Shown here one piece after another: positions 9,990 through 19,591 of a DNA stretch of 63,013 nt. A program made the translations under genes and the position numbers. Source of the stretch: Synechococcales cyanobacterium (GTDB lineage: Bacteria > Cyanobacteriota > Cyanobacteriia > Leptolyngbyales > Leptolyngbyaceae); NCBI GenBank assembly GCA_043787035.1, contig JAYVVL010000285.1:1-63013 (forward strand), written 5' to 3'. The notes below the pieces were generated by a model that was not told the DNA's origin, did no database searches, and saw nothing but the letters and a program-made list of their open reading frames with translations. Numbering within the stretch: position 1 is the first letter of the stretch; every line of letters begins with the position of its first letter.

Positions 9990-12164
9990 CTACTTAACAA
10001 TGTCTGCTCTGCTATTTAATTGAACATTGGCTGCATGATTCATGCCAATTTTGCTTTGATCGAAGTCATCTTCTGCCGTAACGTATTGCATCGTCACATC
10101 CCGCGATCGCTTAAGCATTGCAGGATAGCGAATGCCTTGTTCTAAGTGAATGTTGCTGACGGTTACTTGAGCAACATTGTCTAACACTAATCCATTGATT
10201 GTCTGGTTAGCGATGCCTGGGGTAGAGGGGCTGTAGCGCAACGTAAAGCCGCTAACTTGCACATCTTGAACGGGTTTTTGTGCAGTCTTTGGTGCCGATG
10301 CAGTCAGGACTGTCTGACCTACCCTTGACCCAGAAACCATCAGAATGGCGGTGTCAGCCGTTGGATTAAACTGAGCTTGTAGAATGGTTCTACCTACACC
10401 CTGTCCTTTAATTCGGATATGGCTGCGATCGATGCTGATCGGTTTGAATAAGTCAATCTCACCAATTGGCAGATTAATTTGAATGGCTTCACTTAGAGGC
10501 TGTCGATCAATTAACGCCTGTAGAGCCACTGAATCATCTTTGCCATCGCTGGGCACAATTCCCTGGTCGATTGCTTCGATCGAGTTCACGATCAGTTGTT
10601 GAGCCGCAGTCTGCTTCAGGTTTAATCCCTCTAAGTCCCACAGTGGGTTGAGTGTCCCGTTCAGCCACAAGAGGAACACTGCAAAACTCAAAACTTGGCT
10701 AGCCAGCAGAAAGCGAGAAATGCCAAGCTTTGCTAGTCGTCTTTTGCCAGTGCCTTCAGCAGAAATACTTTGGTTTCCCCGGTTTGCCCAGTTCTGTTTT
10801 GCCAAGTTCATCTGAGTCCAAATTTTGACCAACGATGAAGTCCACTGAGTCACTAGCAAAATCGGTAAATGAATCGGTTTTGGATCAGAGGGTCTACCCT
10901 GAAAAATTAGCAGCAGCATGAGTGAGCGGCTAAACAGAATCCACGAAGCAATGATGCTAGCAGCGATGAAACGTCCTTGAAGTAGGGAAAGGAGTAGGCA
11001 GCCTGGGCTGATTAGAGATGTCCAAATACTAATGCGTTGATCCAGCAACCCATACCAGAGATAGAAACCCGTTACTTTAGGTCCTAGGGCGAGCGCTCGG
11101 CTGTTGTTGCGGAGCATATTGCCATACCAGCGTCGCATATTGTCATAGGCGCGATCGACCACAGAACCCGATAGAGTCTCGATCGAGTAAACCAGCGCGT
11201 CTGGAATGTAGAGCATATCGTAACCACGACATAGCATCCAAAACCAGGTACTTTTGTCATCGCCAGAGAGAAACTTAAATTGCCCCCACAACCAATCATC
11301 CAGGCGATCGTGCTCTAGCTGGCTAGCAAAGGAGGGATGGAGCGCTGCCTCTGACTGGAACAGTGAAAATCGCCCTGTCAAACAGATTACCTTTCGAGAA
11401 AGGGAATCTGAACACATTTGCTGATGTCGTAGTGCAAACCGCATATGAAACCACTCAGAAAATAGGTAAGATCCCTGCACAACGGGCAGTTCATCAGTCG
11501 TTAACGCTCCCAAGCGAGGAAACAAACGAAAGAACGGTAAACACTGACGCAGTGTCCCAGGACTCAGTTCTGAATCACCATCCATCAAGGCAATAATGGT
11601 ATCCGAGGGCAGATTGTGCCGAGCCAACTCTTGTAATCCATCCGCCATTGCTTTGCGTTTACCCTCTTGTTGCACCATCTGAATGAGATGGATAGAGCGC
11701 AACTCCGGGTCTTCAGACTCTAACACTTGACGAATATAAGCATTCTCTTGTTCGCTACTGCTGCTAATTAGCAGCGTGATCGGTTGCGTCAGCGTTTTGG
11801 CTTCTTGAGCGATCGCTCGAAACACTCGCTCCGTAATCCAAGTCTTCTCGTGATAGGTTGGAACGAGTAAACAAACGGGAGGAAGTTGCTCGACAGCCAA
11901 GGCATTTGCTCGGAGCCGCCAGCGTGGAAAAGTCCAACTTAAGTAGATTCGGGAGCGAATACCTCGCAACAAAAAAAGGCTCCAGCGCCAAGTGCCCACA
12001 GCTCCTAAGCTAACTAGTGCAAATATATCCCAAATGGCGATCTGCTTTGAATTGTGAGATAAATACAGCGATACAAATCCGACAACAGTCATTGTCAGAC
12101 ACGCCAACCAATTAAGACGAGAACTTAGCATTTTTTGAGGGGGAGAAGCGGTTGCCGTAGACAT
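9990..12164 (-). CDS. Alg8-like processive family-2 glycosyltransferase fused to a C-terminal periplasmic right-handed beta-helix domain
   Basis: 724 aa. Residues 1-500 are collinear with Alg8 as I recall it: GAVGTWRW, LLVPTYHE, GKRKAMADG, MDGDSEL, LTTDE..SEWFHMRFALRHQQMCS, LTGRFSLF, FLSGDDKSTWF, RRWYGNMLRNNSRAL, LDQRISIWTSL. A basic loop (GKRRLAKLGISR) and a final TM precede a 223-aa tail. The tail carries DGKDDSVALQALID and IKGQGVGRTIL (pectate-lyase-3/beta-helix signature). Confidence 0.8.
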   Translation of the reverse strand: MSTATASPPQKMLSSRLNWLACLTMTVVGFVSLYLSHNSKQIAIWDIFALVSLGAVGTWRWSLFLLRGIRSRIYLSWTFPRWRLRANALAVEQLPPVCLLVPTYHEKTWITERVFRAIAQEAKTLTQPITLLISSSSEQENAYIRQVLESEDPELRSIHLIQMVQQEGKRKAMADGLQELARHNLPSDTIIALMDGDSELSPGTLRQCLPFFRLFPRLGALTTDELPVVQGSYLFSEWFHMRFALRHQQMCSDSLSRKVICLTGRFSLFQSEAALHPSFASQLEHDRLDDWLWGQFKFLSGDDKSTWFWMLCRGYDMLYIPDALVYSIETLSGSVVDRAYDNMRRWYGNMLRNNSRALALGPKVTGFYLWYGLLDQRISIWTSLISPGCLLLSLLQGRFIAASIIASWILFSRSLMLLLIFQGRPSDPKPIHLPILLVTQWTSSLVKIWTQMNLAKQNWANRGNQSISAEGTGKRRLAKLGISRFLLASQVLSFAVFLLWLNGTLNPLWDLEGLNLKQTAAQQLIVNSIEAIDQGIVPSDGKDDSVALQALIDRQPLSEAIQINLPIGEIDLFKPISIDRSHIRIKGQGVGRTILQAQFNPTADTAILMVSGSRVGQTVLTASAPKTAQKPVQDVQVSGFTLRYSPSTPGIANQTINGLVLDNVAQVTVSNIHLEQGIRYPAMLKRSRDVTMQYVTAEDDFDQSKIGMNHAANVQLNSRADIVK

Positions 12165-12354
12165 AGAACCTCACGTCTCGAAATTAAAAACCACAACATT
12201 ACTGGCTCAAACTCATACGATCGTTCATACCTGCACACGAAGATAGGCATCAACGAAACCCTAAGGATTCTGGATTAAATAACGGGGGACAACCGTCTCG
12301 GCTGTTTAAGTCAAGCAAGATGCCTGACCGATGAAGTTCTCGGAGTTATTTAAT

Positions 12355-13659
12355 TCACGATCCTAACAAACGGGTGCCTAAGGTCAATGTTGCAGACTGA
12401 CCTGCTCCACAAAATCGATGCGCTTGTGTCTGCTGCGCTGAAGGCGGAATTTTAACCGTGACTCGCGCCAGAGGTTGATTTAAAAGGTCAGCAGGAACCG
12501 CTGGAGTAATTGCTTGTAATTGTCGTTTGATGGTTTCAATGTTGCTAACAGCTTCAATCAGATCAACTTCTCCAACTAAGGTATTTGGGTCACCCACTAG
12601 TTGAACCCGCGCTGGTTGCTGGCGATCGATTCGGTTTGCCTGATCTACGCTAACTAGCGTCTCGACCCAAAGATTGTCGCAATCCAGCAGAGTCAACAGA
12701 TTACTTGAACGGCTGACCTGTTCACCTTGATCCTGCTCGGTGCGATAAATCACTCCAGCCACAGGAGCCTTAATGGCAATATCCTTACGGGAGGTGTAAG
12801 CTGCTTGAGCCTGAGCAAGAAGTTGCTTCTTACTAGCCAGTTGAGCTGTTAACGTTTTAACCAGTGTTGCTTGAGCTTGAATGGTTTGGGTTAAGCTGGC
12901 TCGCTGATTCAACAAACCATCTTCTGCTTTAAGTGCAGTCCCCTCTTTAAATACTTTTTGAGACGTTTTAGCAGAGTCCGAAATAGCGATCGCCTGAGCG
13001 ACCTCAGCTTCAGTTGACTTCCAAACGGCTTCTAATTGGTCAACCTTTTGTTTAGAGATAGCGCCTTCTGTCATTAATTGACGGTAACGTTGATAATCCA
13101 GATTGGCAGACTGGGCTTTAGCACTTGCTTCATCGACCGCTGCCTGGTAACGACGAATATTATTGCCCGCCATCTCAACATTGACCCCCTGAATCAATTT
13201 GTCTTGAGTCTCTAGATTTTCTAATTGCTGTTGCAATAGGGCTAGAGATTGCTGGTTAGCAGCCAACTGTGTGGCGGCAGAATTAGTCTCGCCTTGAAGC
13301 TGTAAAACGCTCTGCTCTTCTTGAAGAGTTGGAGCAATACGAGCCAGCACTTGCCCTGATTTAACAACCACTCCTGGCTGCGCGTAGAATGCTTTGATGG
13401 TGCCATCAATCGGCGACTGCAATCGCACAGTACGTCCGTTAATGATGCCATTATTAATAGTCAAATGAGTTAAGCGGTAGCTAATCGAGGTTAGCCCAAA
13501 CGCCACAGCGGTAGCTCCTAAAGACACTAGAGCGATCGTGAAAAATAAACGCTGCCATCGAGACTGTTTTGGGTCAGCATCAAGAGGCAGACCGATCACT
13601 TTGTCGGCATGAGATTGCTTTGCAGGAATTTCTAACATTCGTGATGTTCTCTGAGTCAA
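12355..13659 (-). CDS. HlyD-family membrane-fusion protein (Alg44-like periplasmic part, no PilZ)
   Basis: 434 aa with one TM (LFFTIALVSLGATAVAFGL). Lipoyl/barrel block INGRTVRLQSPIDGTIKAFYAQPGVVVKSGQVLARI, a long Q/A-rich coiled coil, and a second barrel half IKAPVAGVIY. Only about 40 cytoplasmic residues precede the TM. Confidence 0.85.
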   Translation of the reverse strand: MTQRTSRMLEIPAKQSHADKVIGLPLDADPKQSRWQRLFFTIALVSLGATAVAFGLTSISYRLTHLTINNGIINGRTVRLQSPIDGTIKAFYAQPGVVVKSGQVLARIAPTLQEEQSVLQLQGETNSAATQLAANQQSLALLQQQLENLETQDKLIQGVNVEMAGNNIRRYQAAVDEASAKAQSANLDYQRYRQLMTEGAISKQKVDQLEAVWKSTEAEVAQAIAISDSAKTSQKVFKEGTALKAEDGLLNQRASLTQTIQAQATLVKTLTAQLASKKQLLAQAQAAYTSRKDIAIKAPVAGVIYRTEQDQGEQVSRSSNLLTLLDCDNLWVETLVSVDQANRIDRQQPARVQLVGDPNTLVGEVDLIEAVSNIETIKRQLQAITPAVPADLLNQPLARVTVKIPPSAQQTQAHRFCGAGQSATLTLGTRLLGS

Positions 13660-14092
13660 TGAGTATCTTGAAATACAGACTTATATCAGAAGAAAAGCTG
13701 AAGTAATTTGAGTAAGATTGCTGTTGATTTAAATGGTTGAGACAAGTTTATGCGTAAAAATAACTTAATATGTAAAGCGTTTATCAACCTTCTATGAAGT
13801 AGGAATAAACATTTAACAATAGCCCGGACGTTTTTTTGAAAGGTTCCACAAGGTCTTCAGGGTATGCAGTTGAATTAGGATTTGACCCTCGAAATTTGAG
13901 CAAATTTTGTCTGGGGCATTGATGAAGGGCGATCGCCTTCTAATCAAGGTTGTGGGGTCTGAATAGCAGTCGATGCTGTTGGCTGAATGTGCTGCATGGA
14001 CTGTTTGTTCAAGGACTGGATTAAGCGATCGGATGTGGACTGATGTAAGCTGAATGCTTCTGATCATGGGTAGGGCGAACGCACACGTTTCT

Positions 14093-14371
14093 TTACAATT
14101 TGCGGGAGAGAGTAGGCACTTGAGACAAAATCTTAGTTAAATACTGATCATCCCAACCTGCTTTGAGTCATTTAGCGCGCGTGCCGCCTTTAGCAGACTT
14201 CTCTTGCGATAATAAATTCACGGCTAGATGACGAATGACCGCTAAGTTTTCTGCACAATAGCCCTGAGTTGCACGATATTGGTCTTCCCGGAACCCGACA
14301 TCCAAAATCCAATGCAGTTGATTCTCAATCCCCCAGTGACCCCATACCACAGCCGCAAACTGTACCGCATC
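14093..14371 (-). mobile_element. ISAs1-family transposase C-terminal relic
   Basis: HWGIENQLHWILDVGFREDQYRATQGYCAENLAVIRHLAVNLLSQEKSAKGGTRAK-TGA-LKAGWDDQYLTKIL. This is the conserved ISAs1 C-terminus with an in-frame TGA (14168-14170). The N-terminal roughly 300 aa are absent. The fragment begins at the vapC stop codon. Confidence 0.7.
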
Positions 14372-14746
14372 CTAAGATTTAGATTGAATTTGAACAGAAC
14401 TTAGTGTCAATTCTGTCATTTTCCCCAACTGAACATCATTGCTCAATAAATTTGAATCAAGAACGATTGCCATTGCACAAACGATTGCATCCGGTAATTT
14501 GAGACGATATTTCCGACGAATCTCAATAGTTAACTTTTTCACCTCATCGCCCAACCCCACGATCGTCACCTGCGATAGAAACTCACAAATTCTGGATTTC
14601 TCTTCTTAGCCGATCGCCGAGAAAGACAGCATCTCAATTTCACTAATAACAGACAAATAGAACTGTCCAACGGGCAAAGAGTTTACCAATCGTCCACTGA
14701 GAAGGTAGAGCGCAACATTGGTATCCAAGACGTAGCGATCGTTCAT
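14372..14746 (-). pseudogene. vapC: PIN-domain toxin VapC with one in-frame TAA
   Basis: My translation: MNDRYVLDTNVALYLLSGRLVNSLPVGQFYLSVISEIEMLSFSAIG*EEKSRICEFLSQVTIVGLGDEV...LPDAIVCAMAIVLDSNLLSNDVQL. The PIN acidic residues (DTN, SEIE, PDA) are present. The stop is at 14606-14608, in frame with ATG 14746. Confidence 0.75.
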
Positions 14747-15060
14747 CAGGCCCACTCATTTCGCATCTGAAGTTGCATTTCTAACGCATCACCTTCAAAT
14801 TGAATTACACCGCTAAAATCATTGATATCAACAATCTTAGCAACAAGAACGCTGGTCCCCCCATTTCGATTGATTACAGGTAAGCTTGTTTGCGTTCTGT
14901 CGATGACTGAATCATCTTTCTGACCTAAAAGGTTCATCCCAGCAAAAATTGCATCGATCGCATTCTCGAACTTGCCACTCTCAATCTAACTTTTTACCAA
15001 CGTTTCCAGCTCAGGTGGTAAAAAATTATCATTAGAAATATCTCCAATCTTTGTGGCCAT
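14746..15060 (-). pseudogene. Cognate antitoxin with one in-frame TAG
   Basis: MATKIGDISNDNFLPPELETLVKS*IESGKFENAIDAIFAGMNLL...FSGVIQFEGDALEMQLQMRNEWA. The stop is at 14986-14988 (probably CAG to TAG). The N-terminal LPPELE..V...IESGKF pattern resembles ParD/RHH antitoxins. Its TGA overlaps the vapC ATG (TGATG). Confidence 0.6.
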
Positions 15061-15149
15061 AAGATTACGCATAGCCTAACTCATAGGCAAATCGATCGAA
15101 TGTATATTATTGGCTGCTCGTCAGTGACTCTAACCTTCACGCCGATCGC

Positions 15150-18100
15150 TTACGGGAAATAATCCTGCAACGCTCGAACGGATAGAGGCTTCGTTTGGAT
15201 AGAGGCGATCGCGGCGGCAGTTGCTTTAGCTCCGGCGATCGTGGTGACGATCGGGATTTTGTATATTAGCGCGGAACGGCGGATGCTTTTGCCATCGGAT
15301 TGGGCATTTTCTTCGCTGGAGGGCGTGTTGATGATGAGCTGGATTTGGCCGTTTTTGATCGCATCCAAGACGTGGGGTCGGCCTTCGTGGAGCTTGAACA
15401 CCAGATCAACATCCAGGCCATGGTCTTGGAGGACTTTGCGGGTGCCTTGAGTGGCCATGATGGTGAACCCTAGGGCGATGAACTCGCGGATGACGGGGAC
15501 CACTAGCGTTTTGTCGCGATCGTTGGTGGAGACGAAGACCGTTCCGCTCTGGGGGAGGCGCTGGCTAGCTCCGATTTCGGCTTTGGCATAAGCCGCTCCA
15601 AAGGTGGTGTCGATGCCCATAACCTCGCCCGTCGATCGCATTTCTGGGCCGAGGATCATGTCGGTGCCGGGGAACTTGTCGAAGGGGAGGACCGCTTCTT
15701 TGACGGAGATGTGGGTGGGGATGATTTCTGTGGTGAAGTTGAGTTCGGCGAGGGATTTGCCCGACATGACGCGGGAGGCGATTTTCGCGAGGGGATAACC
15801 GATCGCTTTAGAAACAAAGGGCACCGTGCGTGAGGCTCGGGGATTGGCTTCTAGGATATAGACCTGATCGCCCTGAACGGCAAACTGGATATTCATTAAG
15901 CCCACGACTTTGAGCGCTTTGGCGAGTTCAACGGTCCAAGTGCGGATTTGGGCGAGGACAGGTTCAGTAAGTGAAATCGTGGGAATCGAGCAGGCTGAGT
16001 CGCCGGAGTGGATGCCCGCTTGTTCAATGTGTTCCATGATGCCGCCGATGACGACTTGGCCCGTGGTGTCCGCGATCGCATCCACATCCACTTCGATCGC
16101 GTTTTCTAAGAATTTGTCGATGAGAATCGGGTGTTCGGGTTCGATTTGGACCGCGTAAGTCATGTAGCGTTCGAGTTCTGCGTCGGAGTAGACGATTTCC
16201 ATAGCTCGGCCTCCCAGGACGTAACTCGGGCGAACAACAACGGGATACGTGACCCGTCGGGCAACCGATCGTGCTTCGGAGTAGTTGCGAGCGATGCCGT
16301 TGGGGGGCTGCTTGATGCCCAAATCGGTAAGGATTTTCTCGAAGCGTTCGCGGTCTTCGGCGGCGTCAATAGAGTCGGGTGAGGTGCCCCAGATTTTTGT
16401 CTGGACGGGGCAGTCGGGGCTGGAAAGATACTTTTGCAGCGGCAGTGCAAGTTTAAGCGGCGTTTGGCCCCCGAACTGGACGATGATGCCTTCAGGGTTT
16501 TCTGCTTCGAGAATGTTCAGCACATCTTCTTGAGTCAGCGGCTCGAAGTAAAGGCGATCGCTGGTGTCGTAATCGGTAGAGACGGTTTCGGGGTTGGAAT
16601 TGACCATGATGGTCTCGTAGCCGTCGGCCTGAAGCGCGAAGGAGGCATGGCAGCAGCAGTAGTCAAACTCGATGCCTTGACCGATTCGGTTGGGACCGCC
16701 GCCGAGGATGATGACTTTGGGTTTGCTGGAGGGTAGGACTTCGGTTTCGTCTTCGTAGGTGGAATAGTAGTACGGCGTCAAGGCTTCAAACTCGGCGGCG
16801 CAGGTATCGACGGTTTTGTACGCGGGAATAACGCCTAGGGACTTACGATAGGTACGGACTTGGGTTTCTTGGGTTTTCGTCGCAAACGCAATCTGCCGAT
16901 CGCTGAAGCCTTGGCGTTTGATCGCATACATCTGGTCCCGAGTCAGAGATGAAAGCGCCGTGCGTTTGAGATATTTTTCAGTGACGAGTAAGTCTTCAAG
17001 CTTGTCGAGGAACCACAGATCGATCGCCGTGAGTTCGTAAATTTCTTCCACACTCATGCCCATTACCATGGCTTGGTGAATGGTAAAAACCCGATCGGGA
17101 TTGGGCGTTCTTAAGTTCGCGCTGATCTGCGGCAAACTCGGCAACATCTCTTCTTTATCGCAGCCCCAGCCCGCACGACCAATTTCCAACGATCGCAACG
17201 CTTTTTGGAACGACTCTTGGAAGGTGCGACCGATCGCCATGGCTTCCCCGACGGACTTCATTTGCGTCGTGAGCGTCGCTTGGGAACCGGGAAATTTCTC
17301 AAAGGCAAACCGAGGAATTTTTGTGACAACATAATCTATAGTCGGTTCAAAGCTCGCGGGAGTCTTATGCGTGATGTCGTTAGGGATTTCGTCGAGGGTG
17401 TAGCCAACGGCCAGCTTGGCGGCGATTTTGGCGATCGGGTAGCCTGTGGCTTTGGACGCAAGAGCCGACGACCGGGACACCCGTGGATTCATCTCAATGA
17501 CGACCACTTCGCCCGTGTCCGGGTTGACGGAGAACTGGATGTTTGAGCCGCCTGTTTCGACGCCGATTTCGCGAATGATTTTGATCGACGCATCCCGAAG
17601 GCGTTGATATTCTTTATCCGTAAGGGTTTGCGCCGGGGCCACCGTAATGGAGTCGCCCGTGTGAATGCCCATGGGATCGAAGTTCTCAATGGTGCAAATA
17701 ATTACGACGTTATCCGCCAAGTCCCGCATGACTTCGAGTTCATACTCCTTCCAGCCGATCAGCGACTTTTCCACCAGAATCTGCGACGTGGGGCTAGCGT
17801 CGAGTCCCGTCTGGGCGATCGCTTCAAATTCTTCTTGGTTGTAGGCAATTCCGCCACCGGATCCGCCCATGGTGAAGCCGGGTCGAATAATCAGCGGGAA
17901 CGACCCGATCTCGCGGCTCACGACTCGGGCTTCGTCGATCGTATTCGCTAAGCCCGACGGACAAACGCCCACGCCGATGCGCTCCATGGCTTCTTTGAAC
18001 AATTTGCGATCTTCTGCCATTTCAATAGCAGGCAACTTCGCGCCGATCAGTTCCACGTTATAACGATCGAGCGTGCCGTTTTTCGCTAAGGCCACGGCCA

Positions 18101-18392
18101 GATTTAGCGCCGTCTGGCCGCCCATAGTAGGAAGCAATGCATCGGGGCGTTCTTGAGCGATGATTTGCTCGACGAGTTCGGGGGTAAGCGGCTCAATATA
18201 GGTCCGATCGGCGGTTTCAGGGTCCGTCATGATGGTGGCGGGGTTGGAGTTCACCAGCACCACTTCGTAGCCTTCATCGCGCAGTGCTTTACAGGCTTGC
18301 GTCCCAGAATAGTCAAACTCGCAGGCTTGTCCGATGACGATCGGACCGGAGCCAATCAGTAGGATCTTCTTAAGGTCGTTACGGCGCGGCAT
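15150..18392 (-). CDS. carB: Carbamoyl-phosphate synthase large subunit
   Basis: 1080 aa with duplicated ATP-grasp halves ([19 protein letters not shown] and [18 protein letters not shown]) and a C-terminal MGS-like domain. Confidence 0.97.
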   Translation of the reverse strand: MPRRNDLKKILLIGSGPIVIGQACEFDYSGTQACKALRDEGYEVVLVNSNPATIMTDPETADRTYIEPLTPELVEQIIAQERPDALLPTMGGQTALNLAVALAKNGTLDRYNVELIGAKLPAIEMAEDRKLFKEAMERIGVGVCPSGLANTIDEARVVSREIGSFPLIIRPGFTMGGSGGGIAYNQEEFEAIAQTGLDASPTSQILVEKSLIGWKEYELEVMRDLADNVVIICTIENFDPMGIHTGDSITVAPAQTLTDKEYQRLRDASIKIIREIGVETGGSNIQFSVNPDTGEVVVIEMNPRVSRSSALASKATGYPIAKIAAKLAVGYTLDEIPNDITHKTPASFEPTIDYVVTKIPRFAFEKFPGSQATLTTQMKSVGEAMAIGRTFQESFQKALRSLEIGRAGWGCDKEEMLPSLPQISANLRTPNPDRVFTIHQAMVMGMSVEEIYELTAIDLWFLDKLEDLLVTEKYLKRTALSSLTRDQMYAIKRQGFSDRQIAFATKTQETQVRTYRKSLGVIPAYKTVDTCAAEFEALTPYYYSTYEDETEVLPSSKPKVIILGGGPNRIGQGIEFDYCCCHASFALQADGYETIMVNSNPETVSTDYDTSDRLYFEPLTQEDVLNILEAENPEGIIVQFGGQTPLKLALPLQKYLSSPDCPVQTKIWGTSPDSIDAAEDRERFEKILTDLGIKQPPNGIARNYSEARSVARRVTYPVVVRPSYVLGGRAMEIVYSDAELERYMTYAVQIEPEHPILIDKFLENAIEVDVDAIADTTGQVVIGGIMEHIEQAGIHSGDSACSIPTISLTEPVLAQIRTWTVELAKALKVVGLMNIQFAVQGDQVYILEANPRASRTVPFVSKAIGYPLAKIASRVMSGKSLAELNFTTEIIPTHISVKEAVLPFDKFPGTDMILGPEMRSTGEVMGIDTTFGAAYAKAEIGASQRLPQSGTVFVSTNDRDKTLVVPVIREFIALGFTIMATQGTRKVLQDHGLDVDLVFKLHEGRPHVLDAIKNGQIQLIINTPSSEENAQSDGKSIRRSALIYKIPIVTTIAGAKATAAAIASIQTKPLSVRALQDYFP

Positions 18393-18488
18393 GGCAGTCT
18401 TACAAGTTGAAGGGTCACAAAATCACATTTATTGTACGGGGTTTGGTCTTACCTTAAAAATAATGATCGGATTTAGACGCCTTCATCG

Positions 18489-19412
18489 CTATTTACTCGA
18501 GAACGTCGTGGTCTTCACATCTCCTGCACTTCCCATCACTTTGCCCGGTTTTTGGTTTTGGGAAACGGTAACGGCTCCGGCATTCCCCGACGTCACTTCA
18601 ATTTCTTTCTGAGCCGACCAGTTTTGGCTGCTGCCCTTTGCCATCGTGCCTTCAAACACCACTTTCCCGTCGGACTTTACTTCCACCCAACTATCGTCGC
18701 TCAGGTTCAGAATAACGTTGACCGGGCCAGTGGTGAGGTTCGCCGTTGGACTAGGCGTTACGACAGGGCTAGGTGACGGGCTAGGAGTAGCGATCGCACT
18801 CGGTTCAACACGAGGAGACTCACTCGGCACCGCGATCGCACTGGGCTTGATAGATGCCTTGGGTTTTGGGCTGGTAGACGGGCTAGGTGCCGTAGTAACG
18901 GGCTGCGGACGGTTCGTTATCAGAGCGATCGCACCTACGATAACCCCAAAGCCCACCAACCCAGCCAGCGCCGGGATCAACCAAGCGGGACGATCGAAGG
19001 GTTCTGGGGGCGTACTGCGATCGTCTGGTGGCGCGATTTTTGAAAAGATTGATTTGTGGGGGCGCTCAGCGGTGGGTTCATCAAGAGAAACGCGCTTGTT
19101 GATGGGTGGAACAAGCGCACGGGCCGCAGGTTCTTTAACAATGTTGACGGCGATCGGCGTTTGATCGAGGGGAATTTCTTTGGCGAGGGCGTCACCATCA
19201 AGTCCCACCAGCTTGGCATAGCGCTTGATGAAACCCTGGACAAAGATGGGTTCTGGGAGCTTAAAGGTCTCAGCCGCTTCGAGAGCCTTGAGGATTCGGA
19301 TAGGGATGAAGGTCTTGGTGGCCACCTCTTCAATCGGCATTCCTTGGGCCTCGCGAGCCGCAACTAACTGTCGCGCAATTTCTTTAAGCTTGTCTTCTGC
19401 TGAAGTATTCAC
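18489..19412 (-). CDS. RodZ-like HTH/DUF4115 protein
   Basis: N-terminal XRE-type HTH (IEEVATKTFIPIRILKALE), one TM, a Pro/Ser-rich linker and a C-terminal DUF4115-like block (VILNLSDDSWVEVKSDGKVVFEGTMAKGSSQNW). Confidence 0.7.
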   Translation of the reverse strand: MNTSAEDKLKEIARQLVAAREAQGMPIEEVATKTFIPIRILKALEAAETFKLPEPIFVQGFIKRYAKLVGLDGDALAKEIPLDQTPIAVNIVKEPAARALVPPINKRVSLDEPTAERPHKSIFSKIAPPDDRSTPPEPFDRPAWLIPALAGLVGFGVIVGAIALITNRPQPVTTAPSPSTSPKPKASIKPSAIAVPSESPRVEPSAIATPSPSPSPVVTPSPTANLTTGPVNVILNLSDDSWVEVKSDGKVVFEGTMAKGSSQNWSAQKEIEVTSGNAGAVTVSQNQKPGKVMGSAGDVKTTTFSSK

Positions 19413-19591
19413 CGTTTCACTCTCCTAAAGCCACGCAACACACCATGAGGTCAATCTATCCCATAGACAAGCCTAACGAGACCCTCTAGATCCAAGAGAC
19501 GCCGATCGCCCAACCCGAACCCTAGAAATCTTAAATCAAATCTTCTCCAACATGTTAATTTAGTTTTAATGCACATTTAGGTCAAATTTCG

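Noticed and set aside
13813-14067. 84-aa minus-strand ORF upstream of the HlyD gene
   Set aside because: No motif and no RBS. It lies in an AT-rich promoter-like spacer next to the IS relic.
18646-19164. 172-aa ORF antisense to the RodZ-like gene
   Set aside because: It mirrors the Pro/Ser-rich linker of the real gene (Gly/Leu-rich shadow frame).
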